From Raillietiella orientalis (lineage: Eukaryota): a stretch of 64,000 nt of DNA. The notes beneath the pieces were generated by a model. The model searched no databases. It saw nothing but the letters and a program-made list of their open reading frames with translations, and was not told the DNA's origin. Of the stretch, positions 24,701 through 39,400 are shown one piece after another. Each line of letters opens with the position of its first letter. Within the stretch, counting starts at the first letter, position 1. A program made the position numbers and the translations under genes. The stretch covers positions 2,046,001-2,110,000 of the forward strand of contig JAYWIR010000016.1 in assembly GCA_036172245.1 (NCBI GenBank), written 5' to 3'.

Positions 24701-27700
24701 GCTCCCTCTATCCTAACAGTTTTGACCACGTTCGCTCCAAGAAATGAACTGTTAATCCCCGAGTTCTTCATTTCCTCAAGCCAATCGGAACACACACCGG
24801 AAACGGAAAACCAATTTTCTAGTTTTCCATTTTTCTTGCATACACTTTCGAATTTCGTTCTTCCAAGTTTTTGATGAGCTTAAAGAAATTCTTCTTTGGA
24901 GAACACATCACTCAGTGCCTCGAATACGCCGCGAGATGACCACCTTTGTAGAACGTACGTCGGGTCTCCCACGCAGAAGGGGCTGGGCTGGTGACTGTGG
25001 CTGTTTCCAATGTATGAGTGCTTCCGAAACAGTTGGGGCAGGTCACGACACACATTATGCACCGTTGATAAACGAACGAGCTTTATGAAATGCAATTCAA
25101 CACTTCTCTAACGAAAACGGTTTTTCCTCCAAACAACATTTTCAGTTTCCTGCTTGATGAAGGGGCGAGAACTTGACAAGCACGAAAACTGTGAAGTACG
25201 AGGACCTGCTGGAAAACTCCAGAGAAGGCTACTTGACGACCTCCGCGGTCTTACAAGCACGAAGAACTTTACAGCCTTCAACAACCAGCTAATGCTCAAA
25301 AGTTAACCGACTTAGTATACAAGAAAAACAGTCTTAAGTTTGCAGGTTAAGACGGTTTTTCTTGCATGATGATTTGGAATTTACATTGAAAATTTTTCTG
25401 ACTATATTAGGAATGCAAGAACTTTTACTGAAAGGCACATTTTTTTTTCTTAAAGAAAACTGAAGTATTTGGATAGAATCTCCTAAAAACTAAATAAATC
25501 CATGTGATCACTATCAGTTGGTATGACACATTCTCATAGCATTCTCATTTAACACTTCCAAGACTCGAACCTCTTCCCAACGATAAAAAAACCATTCATA
25601 GTTTTCCCCTATAGTACTCCTGTTCATTCCTTATGGAATGTTTAGTTTTCAAGTTTTCCCTTCTACACTGCCCATTGCATCTCATCAGTTGTACACTAAT
25701 AATTAATTTACCTTACTACCAACATTGATAAATCATGGAAAGAAAGCTGCTGAAGGTTAGTTTCAACAAATCAGATAATACTTAAGTCTCATCAGTACAA
25801 CTGATTATTTTACAAAAACCGTGCATTCACTTTAGCCTACTGACTAGATGAAAACACATGCTGTATATATATCTTTTTTTCATGGATCAATAAAAAGTGG
25901 TTTGGAAAAGTGAGATAAGGATGGGGATGAGGTACTAGGAAGTATGCAAGTAAGGCATGCATTCATTCTGTTCCTATTTCTGAATGAAGAAAAACATCAA
26001 TGGAATGTTTGCAACAGCTTAATTTTTTTAAATATTTTCCATATAACGCCAAAAATGTGTAACTGAGAATAATAATAATATTTATCTAAGTTACATAAGA
26101 TGAATGTAAATACACTGAGTTATGATCTCAAGACTTGGAGAAAACAACAATAATATGACACCCAACACAACTTCCTCATACTTAGTCCTTAGTCATCTTT
26201 CATGCTCCTTGTTAGATTTAGATCACTAAATAAAGGCAAGTTCATTTTAATTCCTCGATTCTAGATAAACAGAAATGAATGGAAGGAACAGAAATGTACA
26301 GAAACAGTATAAGATTACAATTTTATTCAGGGCAATACAACAAAATATTGAATCAACAGCTATAAATAGACTTCATACTGATTAATTAAATGCATGTGCA
26401 AAGTGAAGTGCCTCAACCTCACTACATAAATTTGATGTGAAAATCACTTACCCAATGAATTCGTCAGCATTATGTACTTTATTTACTAAAACTCAAACAG
26501 TAAAATCAAATGTTTCCAAATAGAAAGCTTATGCAGAAATTCTTTAAAAGGAAATTTTGGTAGTTTTTTTTTATTTATAATTTAACCAATACCAAATTTT
26601 CTTCATATTGGATACAAATCCATGAGCTGTTTAAGTTATTAAAAATGAAATATTAAAAAAACAGTATTTGTACACTTGATTTTCAATTCACTAATGCATG
26701 TTCAATGAAAACAGAAATCACAATTTTGTATGATCACATTTAACTTACAAAGAACACACAAACCATTAACCTACAACAAAAAATACTAACTGTTTAAATA
26801 ACTCAACATATTCCCAAGCATCAATAAAAAAATGCATATGTTATCAATATACTAACCAGTAATCTCATCTTCATGCCATCCTCCACAAACATATAATTTG
26901 CTACCAAAGGTAAGCATTGCATGATCTGCTCTAGCAGCTGGAAGGGAACATTTTTTGTCCCATTTGTCAGTCACTGTATTATATGACAACATGGTGTCCA
27001 AAACTGAGTCTCTGTCTAATCCACCAGATATAAAAATATAATGCTGCCATGTGCATGCTGCATGCTGAGTTCGAAATCCTGGCAATGATGCAACAAATGT
27101 CCAAGAATCCGCTATAGGATCGTATTTTTCACATGAAGATTCACCACCCAAATGTTCCTCATCAGATAAACTCTCACTGGCTCCACCAATGGCATAAAGA
27201 TTTGAGCTAACCATGCTTAGAGTGAAACGGCAGCGTTCTTTTTGCATTGGTGCCATTGTGTTCCATTTGTTAAACTGTGGATTATAACTAAATCCAAATG
27301 GATGTATATTTTCTTGAAGGGATTGGTTAAAACAGCCACCCACAACGTACAATTCATTATTTAAAACAGCAGTCCCATAATTACACTGTTCCACATGAGG
27401 GATACTTGTAAGGTATTTCCAGCAACCACAACTTGAATGATAATAAGTTATTTGATTGGTAACTCCATTTATTCCGAAACCTCCAATTTTAACTAATGCC
27501 AATTCCATTCCTCTAGAATTAATTAAACCTGAATTGTCTGTAGAATATTTATTGCTTTCAGCAAATGCTTTACAATAAAGTGATGGGCATAGCAACATGA
27601 TAGTTCTGAACAGTTTGGAAACCATAAAAGTTCTAAGATATGAATGAGAAATTTGATGGAAGCGGATGTTTTTGAGGATATCATTTGCATAGGAAGATCT

Positions 27701-28456
27701 ACGGCTATCATGTTCCATCCACCTGATAACTGTTGCAAGTATTTCAGCTTCTGAACAGTTCACAGGATAATCACATTCCAACAAATATTCTAACTGTGCT
27801 AATGACAGCTGATTTAACTCAACTGAATGAGAGAATTGCATAAAATTATCACAGATAAACTGGTAAACACGTTTTATTAAATGAGTTAATGAGTAAGTTT
27901 CTGCAATTGTTAAGACATCAACACAGTTTTCGAGATCCAATTGCGTCTAGTAGAATATGCAAATTAACATTTCCTCAAAGTTCATTTCAACATACCTGTA
28001 AATATGCTGCACATGCCTCAACAACTGAAAAGACTTGTACATGGCTCGCAGCTGAAAGAACATCTTGGATATTTTCTACATTAAGTGTCAAAGTAGAAGT
28101 GTATGCATATTCCAACAAATACTTCATTCCCTTTGCAGTTACACCATTAAGATAAATTTCCTTCTGTTGACTTTCTTTCATCTCATCTGTAAACATGGCA
28201 CGAAAATATTCACTACATGAAGCCAGAACAACTTTATGCGCCTAGAAAATTCGATAGGCAAATGACATTAAACACCATTTTTGACGTTCATCATCCTCAC
28301 CTCAAAAGTGATGCCATCTACTATTAAACTTACATCTAGGAGCAATTTTTTTTTCCTAAGCGTATTCAATCCATTCAAAAGGGTAGTGGTGTGATTTGTG
28401 GACTCGAACACGATGGTATTTAGTAGTTTTTCGCATATCTTTCGCTGTTTCGTCAT
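21735..28456 (-). CDS. Kelch-like BTB-BACK-Kelch protein (KLHL26/KLHL9-like Cullin-3 adaptor)
   Basis: Exons 28456-28301, 28241-27996, 27946-26857, 22099-21929 and 21883-21735 are GT-AG with matching phases. The protein has a BTB (LLDV...AHKVVLASCSEYFRAMFT), a BACK domain (ENCVDVLTIAETYSL) and six Kelch repeats with GG/Y/W signatures. A minus-strand AATAAA lies at 21482-21487. Confidence 0.93.
23100..24960 (-). mobile_element. Decayed LINE (APE endonuclease + RT) relic inside the 4.76-kb Kelch intron
   Basis: Ordered degenerate motifs: LQRWSSRG (QWN.RG), SDWLEE (ETWL), VAGD, AIFRKKD...NCRG (PIFKKGD..NYRG), FLIDFEA (FIDF.KAFD), ILY..DN (LYADD). There are many stops and frameshifts. Confidence 0.45.
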
Positions 28457-30999
28457 ATGTAGTCTTAAGGAACTCCCATCGTGGAACAACTGGTCACAAT
28501 TTGTCAAAGGGTATATCTCCACAAAAGTAACTTCTTGGTTTGTAATGGAGTTGAAATCATGAAACTTAATTGAAGCAACGATGTCTCACGTTTAGGCCTG
28601 CCATGGATAAACGTTGCACAACAGTTAACACAAATTATGTGGAGTCACACAGGAGTCGAAGGGTGGGCACCTAGCAGTCCCAAGCAATGCAGCATAACAC
28701 GAACGCTCGCACCCAACTCACAATTCCTTCACCCTGTTGAGTGTGCGGCGAAACACTGAACTCAGCCTTCGAAGTATACTCTGTCAGGATGCCCAGGAGT
28801 CCTAGGAGAGTCGCCTCGAATTAATATTCGTTTCTAACCCAGAAGGTCTATTAATTTGAACAGTTGAGATATGCATTTCGTTTCTCCGCATTGCTTTATA
28901 ATGAGTAAGCTGACAGACTCATTGCATTCCATCAAAATTAAAAAAATAAAAATCCCACTTTCTAAACTATGAAGATTGATTTCTTCAGATGCCCTTTTCC
29001 CCCCAAAACAAATAAATTTTCATATAGTTTCAAGAAATATCAATCTTTCATAAATATTGATTCTCATGAAGGAAAGGTAAATTAGGATTTATTCTGTTAT
29101 TTGGTTTCATGCTTGAATTTCACTTTGTGAAGCTGGAACAACTGTACATTTATTCATTTAATGAGAACCTCTGACATTTGATAGAATCGACCAGCCAGAA
29201 TCTGTAATCTTAGTCTAGTGATGCCCACAGTTACTTTGATCAGCAGTTTTCATTTCCTCCCCATTATCCTCAAAATGTTGGTGAGATCCTTGTGACCTGT
29301 ATCGTGCTCCGTGAAGACCAAGAACTGATAGTCATACTCCAAAGGAACGAGAAATACCTCCTAATTCTTGGAAAACTGGGTTTTCCCAAGATTCTGTTGA
29401 GCATCTCGTAACCGGAAGCAGTCGGACTGTGCCAGACCGCTTACTTTGTACTATGCCAGTACCAGGTGCCTTTTGAATGATCCATTAAGTCTGGTGATAG
29501 TTTGAAAGCACTACACAAGCACCCGTATGTATGGGGTGCACACCGCACAGGTTTGCATAAGATCGATCACCGATCTCATTGCAAGTTGTGGTGGGCGGGT
29601 TCAGATTTTCGCCAACCACTTGACATCTCCAGCACACAACAGCTCTGTTTTTGCCCCTAGAGACTCATGCAATACGTGACGCCATCACGGACCTTTGGGA
29701 TTTGCTCCGGAAGTATTTTAGGTATGGTAGGATCGAAAAGCTCCCACACCTCTTGCTGGAGTGTGGTCCGTTTTGTCACTATGGGAGAGACCAGCTGCGT
29801 CCAATCGACATCTTCCTAGACCTTGTGAGGTGTTTTTGTCTCCTTCAAAGACTCTCCTTGGCCGCGGTAGTGATGATACTGTGCCACGTTCGCGGCATCG
29901 TGTTAGCATGCCTGAGGCGAGAAACATGCCAGGAAGAGACCATTCTTCTGGATATTGTGCCACGTGCAGCAAGTAGCGTCACCTGAATTCATCCAACAGG
30001 GATTTTCCGACGTTGGAGAACTCAAAAGTTGTCGGACTTCATTGAGCGCACCCCGTTGATTCTGCTCTCCCTGGTGTCCTTTTATAATCATGCACTTTTT
30101 TTTCGGTATTTATTTATTACTCCCTCCCCTTTGTGCAACCATCTTTCTCTCCGAGTGGAGCTCTGAGTAGGCATTTCCCTTCATGGAAATGTTGGAGGAA
30201 ACTGACTTCTTTCTTAACTGTACGCTTTTTTTCAACTAACTTTTTGGAGTATAAATGGTTTTTAATTCATCTGACATCTGGATACAGGACTAGGATTTGC
30301 ATTAGCCCGGTAACTTTGGTGAAGTGATGCCCAAAGTCCAAGTCAAGCAATCGTGCTGTACCCTGCCGGTTAACTTTAAGATAGGATGTAGGATCTGGTT
30401 CTACACACAATAGATAGTAACGACGCCAAAGTGACCAATCGTGGCGTCTCTACTCTACAAGGTTAGGTCCAATATTCCTACCAAGGTATTATCCAGGAAT
30501 TTAGCAGCAGAAGCACTGGCTGCGCACGTATCGGTAAAGCACTCGTAAGGCACTCTAGCAACCTTCGTGGTGGACTCATTAGAGGGATGGATAAGGGAGT
30601 TTCCCAAAGCTAAAGATCTACTGAATACGAAGAGCAGAGTCTATCTACTAAGGTTAAATCATGCTTATATGTTGAGCGCTCTACATACAGCATGCCTGGA
30701 ATATAAGGTTCGCTGGGTAACGTCTTTGATGCATCTGAGTTCCTTATACGTAGTCGGGAAAAGTCATCACAAAAAGAAAAACCGGTCGGGATTGCCTTCG
30801 AGAGACGTGTCATCGGGATACTCGATCGTCTAAGAAAAGTGCACTGAAGAGGTGAACGTATTTGGATTTAAATGCATCTTCCAAGAGATATTTCGCTGCA
30901 AACTGACCTCTTCTATACGCTCTCTTCTGGTAAATTTTAAATGTTCGCCATGACTCTTGTACGTTGCCAAGGTCATCAGAAGAACTGAGAGCTGGTTCC

Positions 31000-31745
31000 G
31001 TAGGAGGGGGAAAAAGGAGGAAGGCTGACCCTAGGAAAAGTGTACCGTGATGGACCCATCTTTGTCGCTCCCCGCTGCCCATTTATGACATTTCCTGCTT
31101 ATTGCCCTCCGCGTGTGAGGAGCGGCTTCGATGCAGCAGATGTCCTGGAAATTCACTGGTTTGACGGGAAGCTTCCAGTTTACTGCGTGAATGGGAGGAT
31201 TACATGGAACAAAGGGGCTAGTATCTTTACGATTTCCACCATCTTCATCCTTTGTCCATCTTGTCCTGTTCATATGAAGTTATAGAATCGCTCTAAAACT
31301 CCTTCTTCAGCATCCGTATCAGTTGGTACTGCTCTTCTTGGAGTTGAGATTCCGTCGTCAGGGGAATGTTCCAACTTACGGATACAACAGAAGATATCAC
31401 GGCTATATTGCATGTTTCGCCAACCATAAGGGTCCTCATTTTCTGGAGGTACATCCGCAGGACACCTAGCTCCCACAACACTGCTTTTTGAGAATCCCAA
31501 GACTCCCCAGAGAGCCAACCACTAGGGCTCGGACGGTCACCGGAACATTCTTCGTTGATAGGGAGAAAGCAAGGTCTTTGTATTTGATCTCTCCAAATGC
31601 ACAAGACCTCGTAGGCTGGCTTGGCGGGAAAGTCCAAGCAAATTTCGCCCACGGCCTTCTTGTTCAGCGCTCCCATGCCAGCCAGAGTCACCGTCAGGGC
31701 AGTCTTTACACCTACTAGGGTTGATGTCCCCTTGCATCGCACTGC
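31000..31745 (-). mobile_element. Decayed Ty3/Gypsy integrase relic
   Basis: MQGDI..RCKDC (zinc-finger CxxC), GEICLDF...YEVLCIWRD...CFLP (catalytic core start), LWGVLGF, QLIRMLKK and CNPPIHA...P occur in integrase order across frameshifts. Confidence 0.5.
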
Positions 31746-33413
31746 ATTCATTCTCTACGTGTGTGGATTGTCACTGTTGTCTAGATGCTATTTTTTCTTA
31801 GAACTGCTTGCCTGCACCCACACAAAAATTGCTATAAGAAGGCCGCGGACGATTCCCTCATCGGCTTTAGGCGTAGTTCAGGAGAGCAATGGTTTAAGTT
31901 TTCGAATGGCAATGATCGCACCCCCCAAAAATCGTCTGCAGGGACGATATGGCTGCCGTGCCTGGCTGAAAGTCGTTTGCACAAAGTCATTCTTATTTCT
32001 TGGATCGCAAAGATTTGCAGCAGACCATGCAACCAAGCTTGCCGTTTTGCTTTCACTTCTACTTCTATTACGGGTTGCACTATTACATTTCTCTAAGAGT
32101 TACTTAGATGCTATAACTGTAAATCGATATTTGAAGCGAAACAAAATTAGCATTTTCGATGTCAAGCAACTCCTTTGGTTCTAGAAAAGTGATTACAAAT
32201 CTAATTCAAAGGCTGCACATACTTATACGCACACACTGACTATACATACACGTACGTACATACATATAAAGGCAAAAATTAAAGACCGAATCACATTTTC
32301 TAATTATTTCAGTTTTCCAAAATTCAACCCCAATTATATCCATTAAAATTAATTCCAATTAAAAAAATGAAAACAATATGAAAAATTAAAAAGGAAAACT
32401 TCATACTGTGTGATGAAAGGTAAGTGGGAATCCACTAAATAAAATCGAGTGATGCCGAAGGAGCATTCAAACCCCAAAATAATCTTTAAGAATGCTATGA
32501 ACGGATGCTATTGTGCAGACTGCAGTGCCGAGTATTTGTTTCCTATGCTATCAAATTAAAGCAAAACTCCATAACTTTCCTTAAAGCAAGAGCTCTCCTA
32601 CTCTATCTTATTTCTGGATTGAATATTAAGTTGGATGAATCGCTTCATCAGTAACCAGATTATTTCAGTTTATAAAGCAGTGATAACATTCATTCTTTTA
32701 TGAAGTTAGTGAAGTCTTTTCTTCAAATGTCTACAGTGAAACTGTAGGCATTTGAAGTAAATTTTCAAAACAAATAGTGATATATGCAGTTTTACGAAAA
32801 AACTCAAGAAATAAAAATGCACAACAAAAAACAGATTTCACAACAAACAAAACATCGCCCAATATAAGACATAACTAAAGATAATGGGAAATATTTTGGA
32901 GGGAAAGCATATGCTCTCCCCGTGCATGATACACAATTCATATATTCACTTCCAGCTGAAAAACCAAGCATATAAAACATTCAAGCTGCCAATGTGCTTC
33001 AAGTAGCCATGCTAGTAATGCTATAGTAATGCTAGTAATGCTGTAGTATTAACTTAATATCTTCATCAGTATTTTTTGTAACGAGAATGAAATTTTTGAT
33101 GCATTACTCTATGAATCAAAACACTGACAACACCTTTTAACTACGATTTGAATTGATGGCGAGAAATTTTTTACACTAGTGTGTGTAGTTCTGTAGATCA
33201 AACTGAGGCATACATGCTACTCCATCAGTCATTGGATCACTAAACACAGGATATAGCAGCAATCAATCACATATGGCTGATGTGCATGTTTGGCATAAAA
33301 TCGGAAACATTTATTTAAATGGCAATATACTAAACTATCAATCTAGATAATGAAGACACTACCAATTGAAGATGTTTACAGTCTGATGTATATTTAGTAT
33401 CATCATTATTAGA

Positions 33414-36400
33414 TTATTCAATAAATGTTTTAGTCTTTACACTAAAAAATTCTTCATTCACAGAATAAGTCAGATGACAATGCAAGTGGAAAGATTCCTA
33501 AAATACAAGATTATATAAATAAAAGATTGTAAAAGAATACTTCAGATGACATAAAGAAGGAAGCATACAAAACCTTGTGTGGATTTTCAATTAACAATAT
33601 TTGATTTACAGTTGGTGGTGGTAAAAATGGAGAAAATGCAGGTAGTTCTTTCAATGGAGCTTTGATTAATTTGGCTTTTAAAGGCTAAAATGATCTATCA
33701 TGTAGACAATCGAAAAATGTTTCTATTAAAGAGCTTACCTTTGGGACTGTAAAGTCAAGCATATATTGCGTTAAAGGTGACTTCACTTGATTTGTTGTTG
33801 AAACAACATATACAACAAAATTTTCTTCCAATTTATTTTCAGTGAAATGTAATGTGACACAGATTTCTTTTCTACATATAAGTATCAATGGTTTTTTATT
33901 TCCTTAATAATCATTTTCAAATATACTACATGGATTTGCAGAAACAGAGTTTACCTTACCTGCTTGAAGCATGTCAAAACTGGAAGAAAGCTTGTCAATA
34001 TCACTAAACACACCTCCATTACTGATATTTGTGTCATTGAAAGGCCATTTAAAATACTTTTCTATCATAGATTTTTCTACTTCTGGTTTTCTAAACACCT
34101 GCTCTAGGTCTTGATTCTCTTCATATTTACAATCAACAGGTTTATCCAACCTAGAGAAAAGATTACCAATTTGTGTAGTTTCATTACAATTTCCTGAATT
34201 CATTTTATAAATGAATTCAAGAAATTATGGCAAAATGGCCTGGAAAACTTCCCCAAAATATAATGTTTCAAATGCAAGTAATGAGGTTCCAGCTTCCAAT
34301 CCCTAAGAAACTTTAAAAATGCTTCCATTCACATAAAAATTCAGGTTTTCCTATTTGTCAGAAAAAGCAGAATGCTTTGAACTGATCGAAATATTGTAAA
34401 ATTTTTAAACATTTCGATCAATTTTTAACATTCGATCAATAGAGTTTTTTGACCAAAATTCCACTTGCTGAATGGAATAAAATACATTAAGGAAAATAGA
34501 AGAGAAAGTCTTACCACAAACTAACAGTTACAAACTATGTAGCACAGTGATATCATTCTGCAAATAAGGTGAAGCAAGCAACAATATCTGGAGGCAGCAG
34601 GTCACAAAAAATCAATGTTTTTTCATATGCACGTTGGAAGGTAAATAGGCAACTGTCTTATATTTTCGTCAAGAAATGTATTCTTGGAAAGTGCAAGCAG
34701 TAAAAGTTACAATGACTATGAGAAAACAATATACAACGATTAAGAGAAAATTAAATGCACATCACACTGAGTAGAAAGATTACATCATTCCTAGGTCTTG
34801 AAACAACTAATTTTTATCCAAGCCATCCAGTACTATCCTTTAACCAGATGCCAAAAAAAAAAGAATCGCAAAACATGCTTTTATTCCCATAAATCAAGAT
34901 TTCAACAGACATTGTTGATTGTAGTAAAATATTAGACTAAAGCAGGACTGTAAAATATAGATTAATTTATGAAAACTCACAAATGCATCTCTGTCTTGAT
35001 AGGCAAACACTGTGGCTTTACTTCCTCACTAAGTTCATCAAGGTCTAAAAGGTCTTTTGAGCTGGATTCTCTTGATGATTTGGAATGTTTTGTAATGTTT
35101 CTATTTTTATGTAAAGAATTGTCACATTCAACAGCAGAGTTTTGGGGGGAGTAAAAAATCACATGTTCATTATTGATTGATGATTCAATGTTAGTGCCAC
35201 ATGTTTCATTTAATGTTAGCAAATCACAGTCTTCATTTATTAATACTTTTTTGGAAACATCTGAAACATTTACCCACCTGTTTTATTACCATACATATCA
35301 TCAGCACAGATTTCACAGATTCATGTAATCTTTAGATTAAATTAATCCAAATACAATCAAAAAATTAAGAGACCAGGCAAATTCATGTAACTTTTCTTTC
35401 AGAAATGAGCTTGTGATAATTTGCAAAGTTATAAGAATTGCACTATAATCTGGTTAAATTCCAATGGAAAAATCAATATACATCCGACTTAAATATAATA
35501 AATCCCTTATGAAATCAAACCAACAAGGAAACCTTATGAATTTCCAAACTAAAAGTTGAACATGCAACTCATGGTTGTGAAAATGAAAAAGGAAAAGCTC
35601 AATTACTCACTAGCACTTGATTGAATGAATGGAAATGATGAAAACAAAAAGAAAAATTAGTTCCTTATGCACAAACATGTTGATTTTCATAGTAGCATTA
35701 AAGAATTTACAAATAGGAACAAACAACTGTTTAATTCTTTTAAAAAACCTGAAAGTTCTCAAGAACATAAGATCTAAACAACACGATGTGATCATAAAAT
35801 TTACTTAACATTCAAATGTACATTATGATTATATGATATTAGAGCTTTACAACTGAGACTTAAATCACATGTGCCCCATGTAATCATAATTCTTTAGGTG
35901 AAAATTAAAATGAAGCACGATCATTACGATAAAGGAATTCTGTGTATATATAATAGTTCTGCAATCTACCTATTCACAGATCGGAGAAAAAGTCTGTACT
36001 GCTATTAAAAATGTGATTTGGAAAATTTCATGAATGAGAATGAGAACTTTGTAATATTTGAAATGAAAGTTGCTTAGATAAGAAAGTAAAGAAATGAAAT
36101 CTACATTTACCAGGATTTGTTTGAATATTGGACAGCTGATCACCTGCACCATAAGGATCAAATGCTATATCCAGCAAAGGTAAATCCGATTTTATTAATG
36201 ATGTGCATCTCTCATCTATTTTTTTGTATTTGCACAAAACTGATTCCAACTGATCACTTTTCAGGAGTATACATTCTGAAAATTGAAAACGGATAGAGAT
36301 TATCACTTTTTTCATCTAGGAAACCTAATTCTTCAAAATTTTTGTCATCAACTTCCGATGCTAATTGTGAAAGAAGGTCTCTAAATTCTAGGCAAGAATC

Positions 36401-39400
36401 ATGTAACTCTCGCATTAGTTCTATCTCTTCTTTTGTGGTCATTTCCGAGAAATTTGTTATCATTTCATCCAAAACCACGATGCTATTTTGTATATTGTCA
36501 ATTTTGGCACTTCTTCTTGAAGCCTTCTCCATCTTCTGCTCATCCTGAATTTTTAAGAAATTGTAATTATCAACTGATCTGGCGAGTGTTAATTTGAAAA
36601 TAACATGATTTCGTTTTGAAAATGAAAGGCTTTCATATTTTAGGCCTCGAAATGAAATAAATGGAAGCTTTAATAATTAATGTATTTCAAGGATATGTTC
36701 TTTCAATTTTACCTACTGTAACTTTGGTATATGCAAATAGATGGGTTAGGGAAGGGGGCAATTTTGCTCCGATGTATAAATTCAAGAAAAGTGAAATCAA
36801 TAGTATGAAGCAAAGTAGTATGAAGATAGACTAAACACAAAAGTAATCTAACTAACTAATCGAAGAAACTTTCAAGAAACTTAATAAACTTCAAAGAAAC
36901 TTATTAAAAGAAACTTTTTGCTGAAAAGATGGGTTCCTTGCAAATGATCAATTAATAAGCTACATGAATAGTGAACCTACAATATTTTGAAATATGCAAA
37001 TTATTCATTCAATATTTATGTTCATTAAGATATTTCACTGCTTCTTATGCAGTTCTGCATAAAATGTTTTTTACAGCTGAGCTTTCAAAGTGTCTACATA
37101 GATGAGAAATCCAAAGTTTACTCGCAAATACATTTAAAAAGTAACCATTTTAATGTACAGGCATAATTCTTTGAAACAAAATGAAAAGATTCACTAAGTT
37201 CTATGAACCAGAAGAAAACACACCATACATTTGCTAGCCTACCTCAACTGATTCGAAGTACAAGCTTCAGATCAATTGGGGTATGGGAGAATGGAAAGCA
37301 CAAAAAAATGCACAAAACTTTCAGGCCACGGGAAACAGTGTTCACAAAGACTTAGTTTCCAGTGAAATCAATCAAATATAAAATACGGAGGGCAGTTTCA
37401 CTGATCACCACTCAAAACTAAACTTTACTGATTTTTAAGTGACTTTTTAAGAAGAAAGTGCAAAAACTCAAAATACTCCACCAAGACTACTAATAATTTT
37501 GGGAACGTGAATGGAGCTTTAACCAAAAGTTAACCTTTGGTTAAGAACAAAAGATTCTGACATGGAAGCATGAAGGAATAAAAAGAAATCCAAAATAGAA
37601 ATTATGGCTAAACTGAATCTGTTGCACAAATCAATTATTGACCACCAAAGGTATTAATTAAATTGCTAATGTATTCAAATGTTACTCCAGAATGCTACAC
37701 AAGCAAGAGAAGCTTTAAATATGAACACAAAAACACCAAATAGGTAGTGAATAGAAAACTGAAATGATGGAACAATGTACTGTGAATGGGAAAATATGAA
37801 TATGAAATGCTGGATTCTGCAAATTCGAAAACAAGTATTTGAAATAACGTGAAAGATATGAAAACAAACAATGGATACTTGCTATTTGCAAGATGAAAAC
37901 AAAAATGATGCATCAACAGCTAAGAAAGAATTATTTAAGAAAAATGTAATCAATGAGTCTCAGACCAGGAATGTAAAGTTAATCTAAGCATGCATCAGGG
38001 TTTTTGACTTTACTCATTCGAGAGAATCAGATATAAGATCCCATAACACTTCTTGAACCACTATGATAATGAGATAAAAACTCAGAGAGAAAAAGTAAGA
38101 GTCCAAAAACAGGTACCTGAAACATATGGTCAAGCACAGGAAAAAAAGAAGCAAAGGATGTATTACAAAGAATTGTGAAGCTTGAACTATCAGTAGCAAC
38201 ATCAAATAAAGAGGATATGCAACCTCCATGAAAACAGACATGATGAAATTGGTACTTCAAAATGTATAAATACGAAATAGCATTCAGCTCATATATTACT
38301 TCATTATTCTTCAAATTTGACTAAAATACAATGGCATGCACATGTCACTAATGCCATGTTCAATTTTGCTGGAGTACTACACCATTACTTAGAATGACAA
38401 AAGATATAGATAATAGAAAATGTTTGGTGGCTGAACAAAAATTTATGCACTAAGTTCAAGATTCAATATCATGCACATGCACGACAAATAAATATTAATT
38501 TCAAATTGGTGCATTTCAGAGTAAACCAAAATAAAAGTACACAAAAAAGTTCATTACCCTGTAGACGTCAAAAGCACTCATGATCAACACTTCTGAGGAT
38601 AAAGCAATGAAATTACAACCATTAAAGTCTATGTAAGTCTGCAAAACTAACAACTGATGATTTAAATTCACTGTTTTATCCTCAGAATTTCAGTGTTTTC
38701 CAACTTTACATGGATATAACAATACAAAATAGATTACAGGTTTGACATTCTATAGGTTCCATGAAAGATAAACTGCTGACCAAAAATATATTTATGCAGA
38801 CCAAAATCTCTTATTATATGACAAACTATAATAAAAATAATATTTAAACATACTTCACATAAATCAAGTCATTAAGTCAACAAGTTTTTTATTTTAATTT
38901 TTTTTCCAAATACCAACCAACAGATATTTATTCAATGCAGTATGAATTATTATAACTTTCAACAAGATCAACAATTAAATTTACTCAGCCAATTGTTCAT
39001 CGTCAAAATAGGAACTGTTGATAAATACAGAAAGAGTTTTCCAACAAGAATAATATCCTATATTGAATAGTGAAAACTGGAAACAAAAACAGCAGGAACT
39101 GAAATCATGAAGCAGAAAAGAAAAGTGCTGGAAGTTAACATTGATCTGAATTTGAAATACTAATCAGAGAAACATCAACTAATTGAAATGAGTCAGAATA
39201 GATCCTGATACCATCCATGTAATTTGTACTCAAAACTCAAGAGGACAACATATCATTCCTCTAAAGAACTAAATGCATAGGATACTGCAGTATACAATGA
39301 AAAACTATAAACTATCAAAAGAAATTAGTGGGCTGAAATAACACATTTAAATTTATTTTAATTTCTGCCGATAATGCACTTTTTATCGATGCAGTTTCTT

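Noticed and set aside
30960..31000. SSDD motif suggesting a negative-strand RNA virus polymerase
   Set aside because: Isolated tetrapeptide without motifs A, B or D, and the adjacent sequence fits a Gypsy integrase better.
33010..33050. Short tandem repeats (tagtaatgc units; also (ggt)n near 5011 and (cca)n near 15034)
   Set aside because: Ordinary slippage microsatellites.
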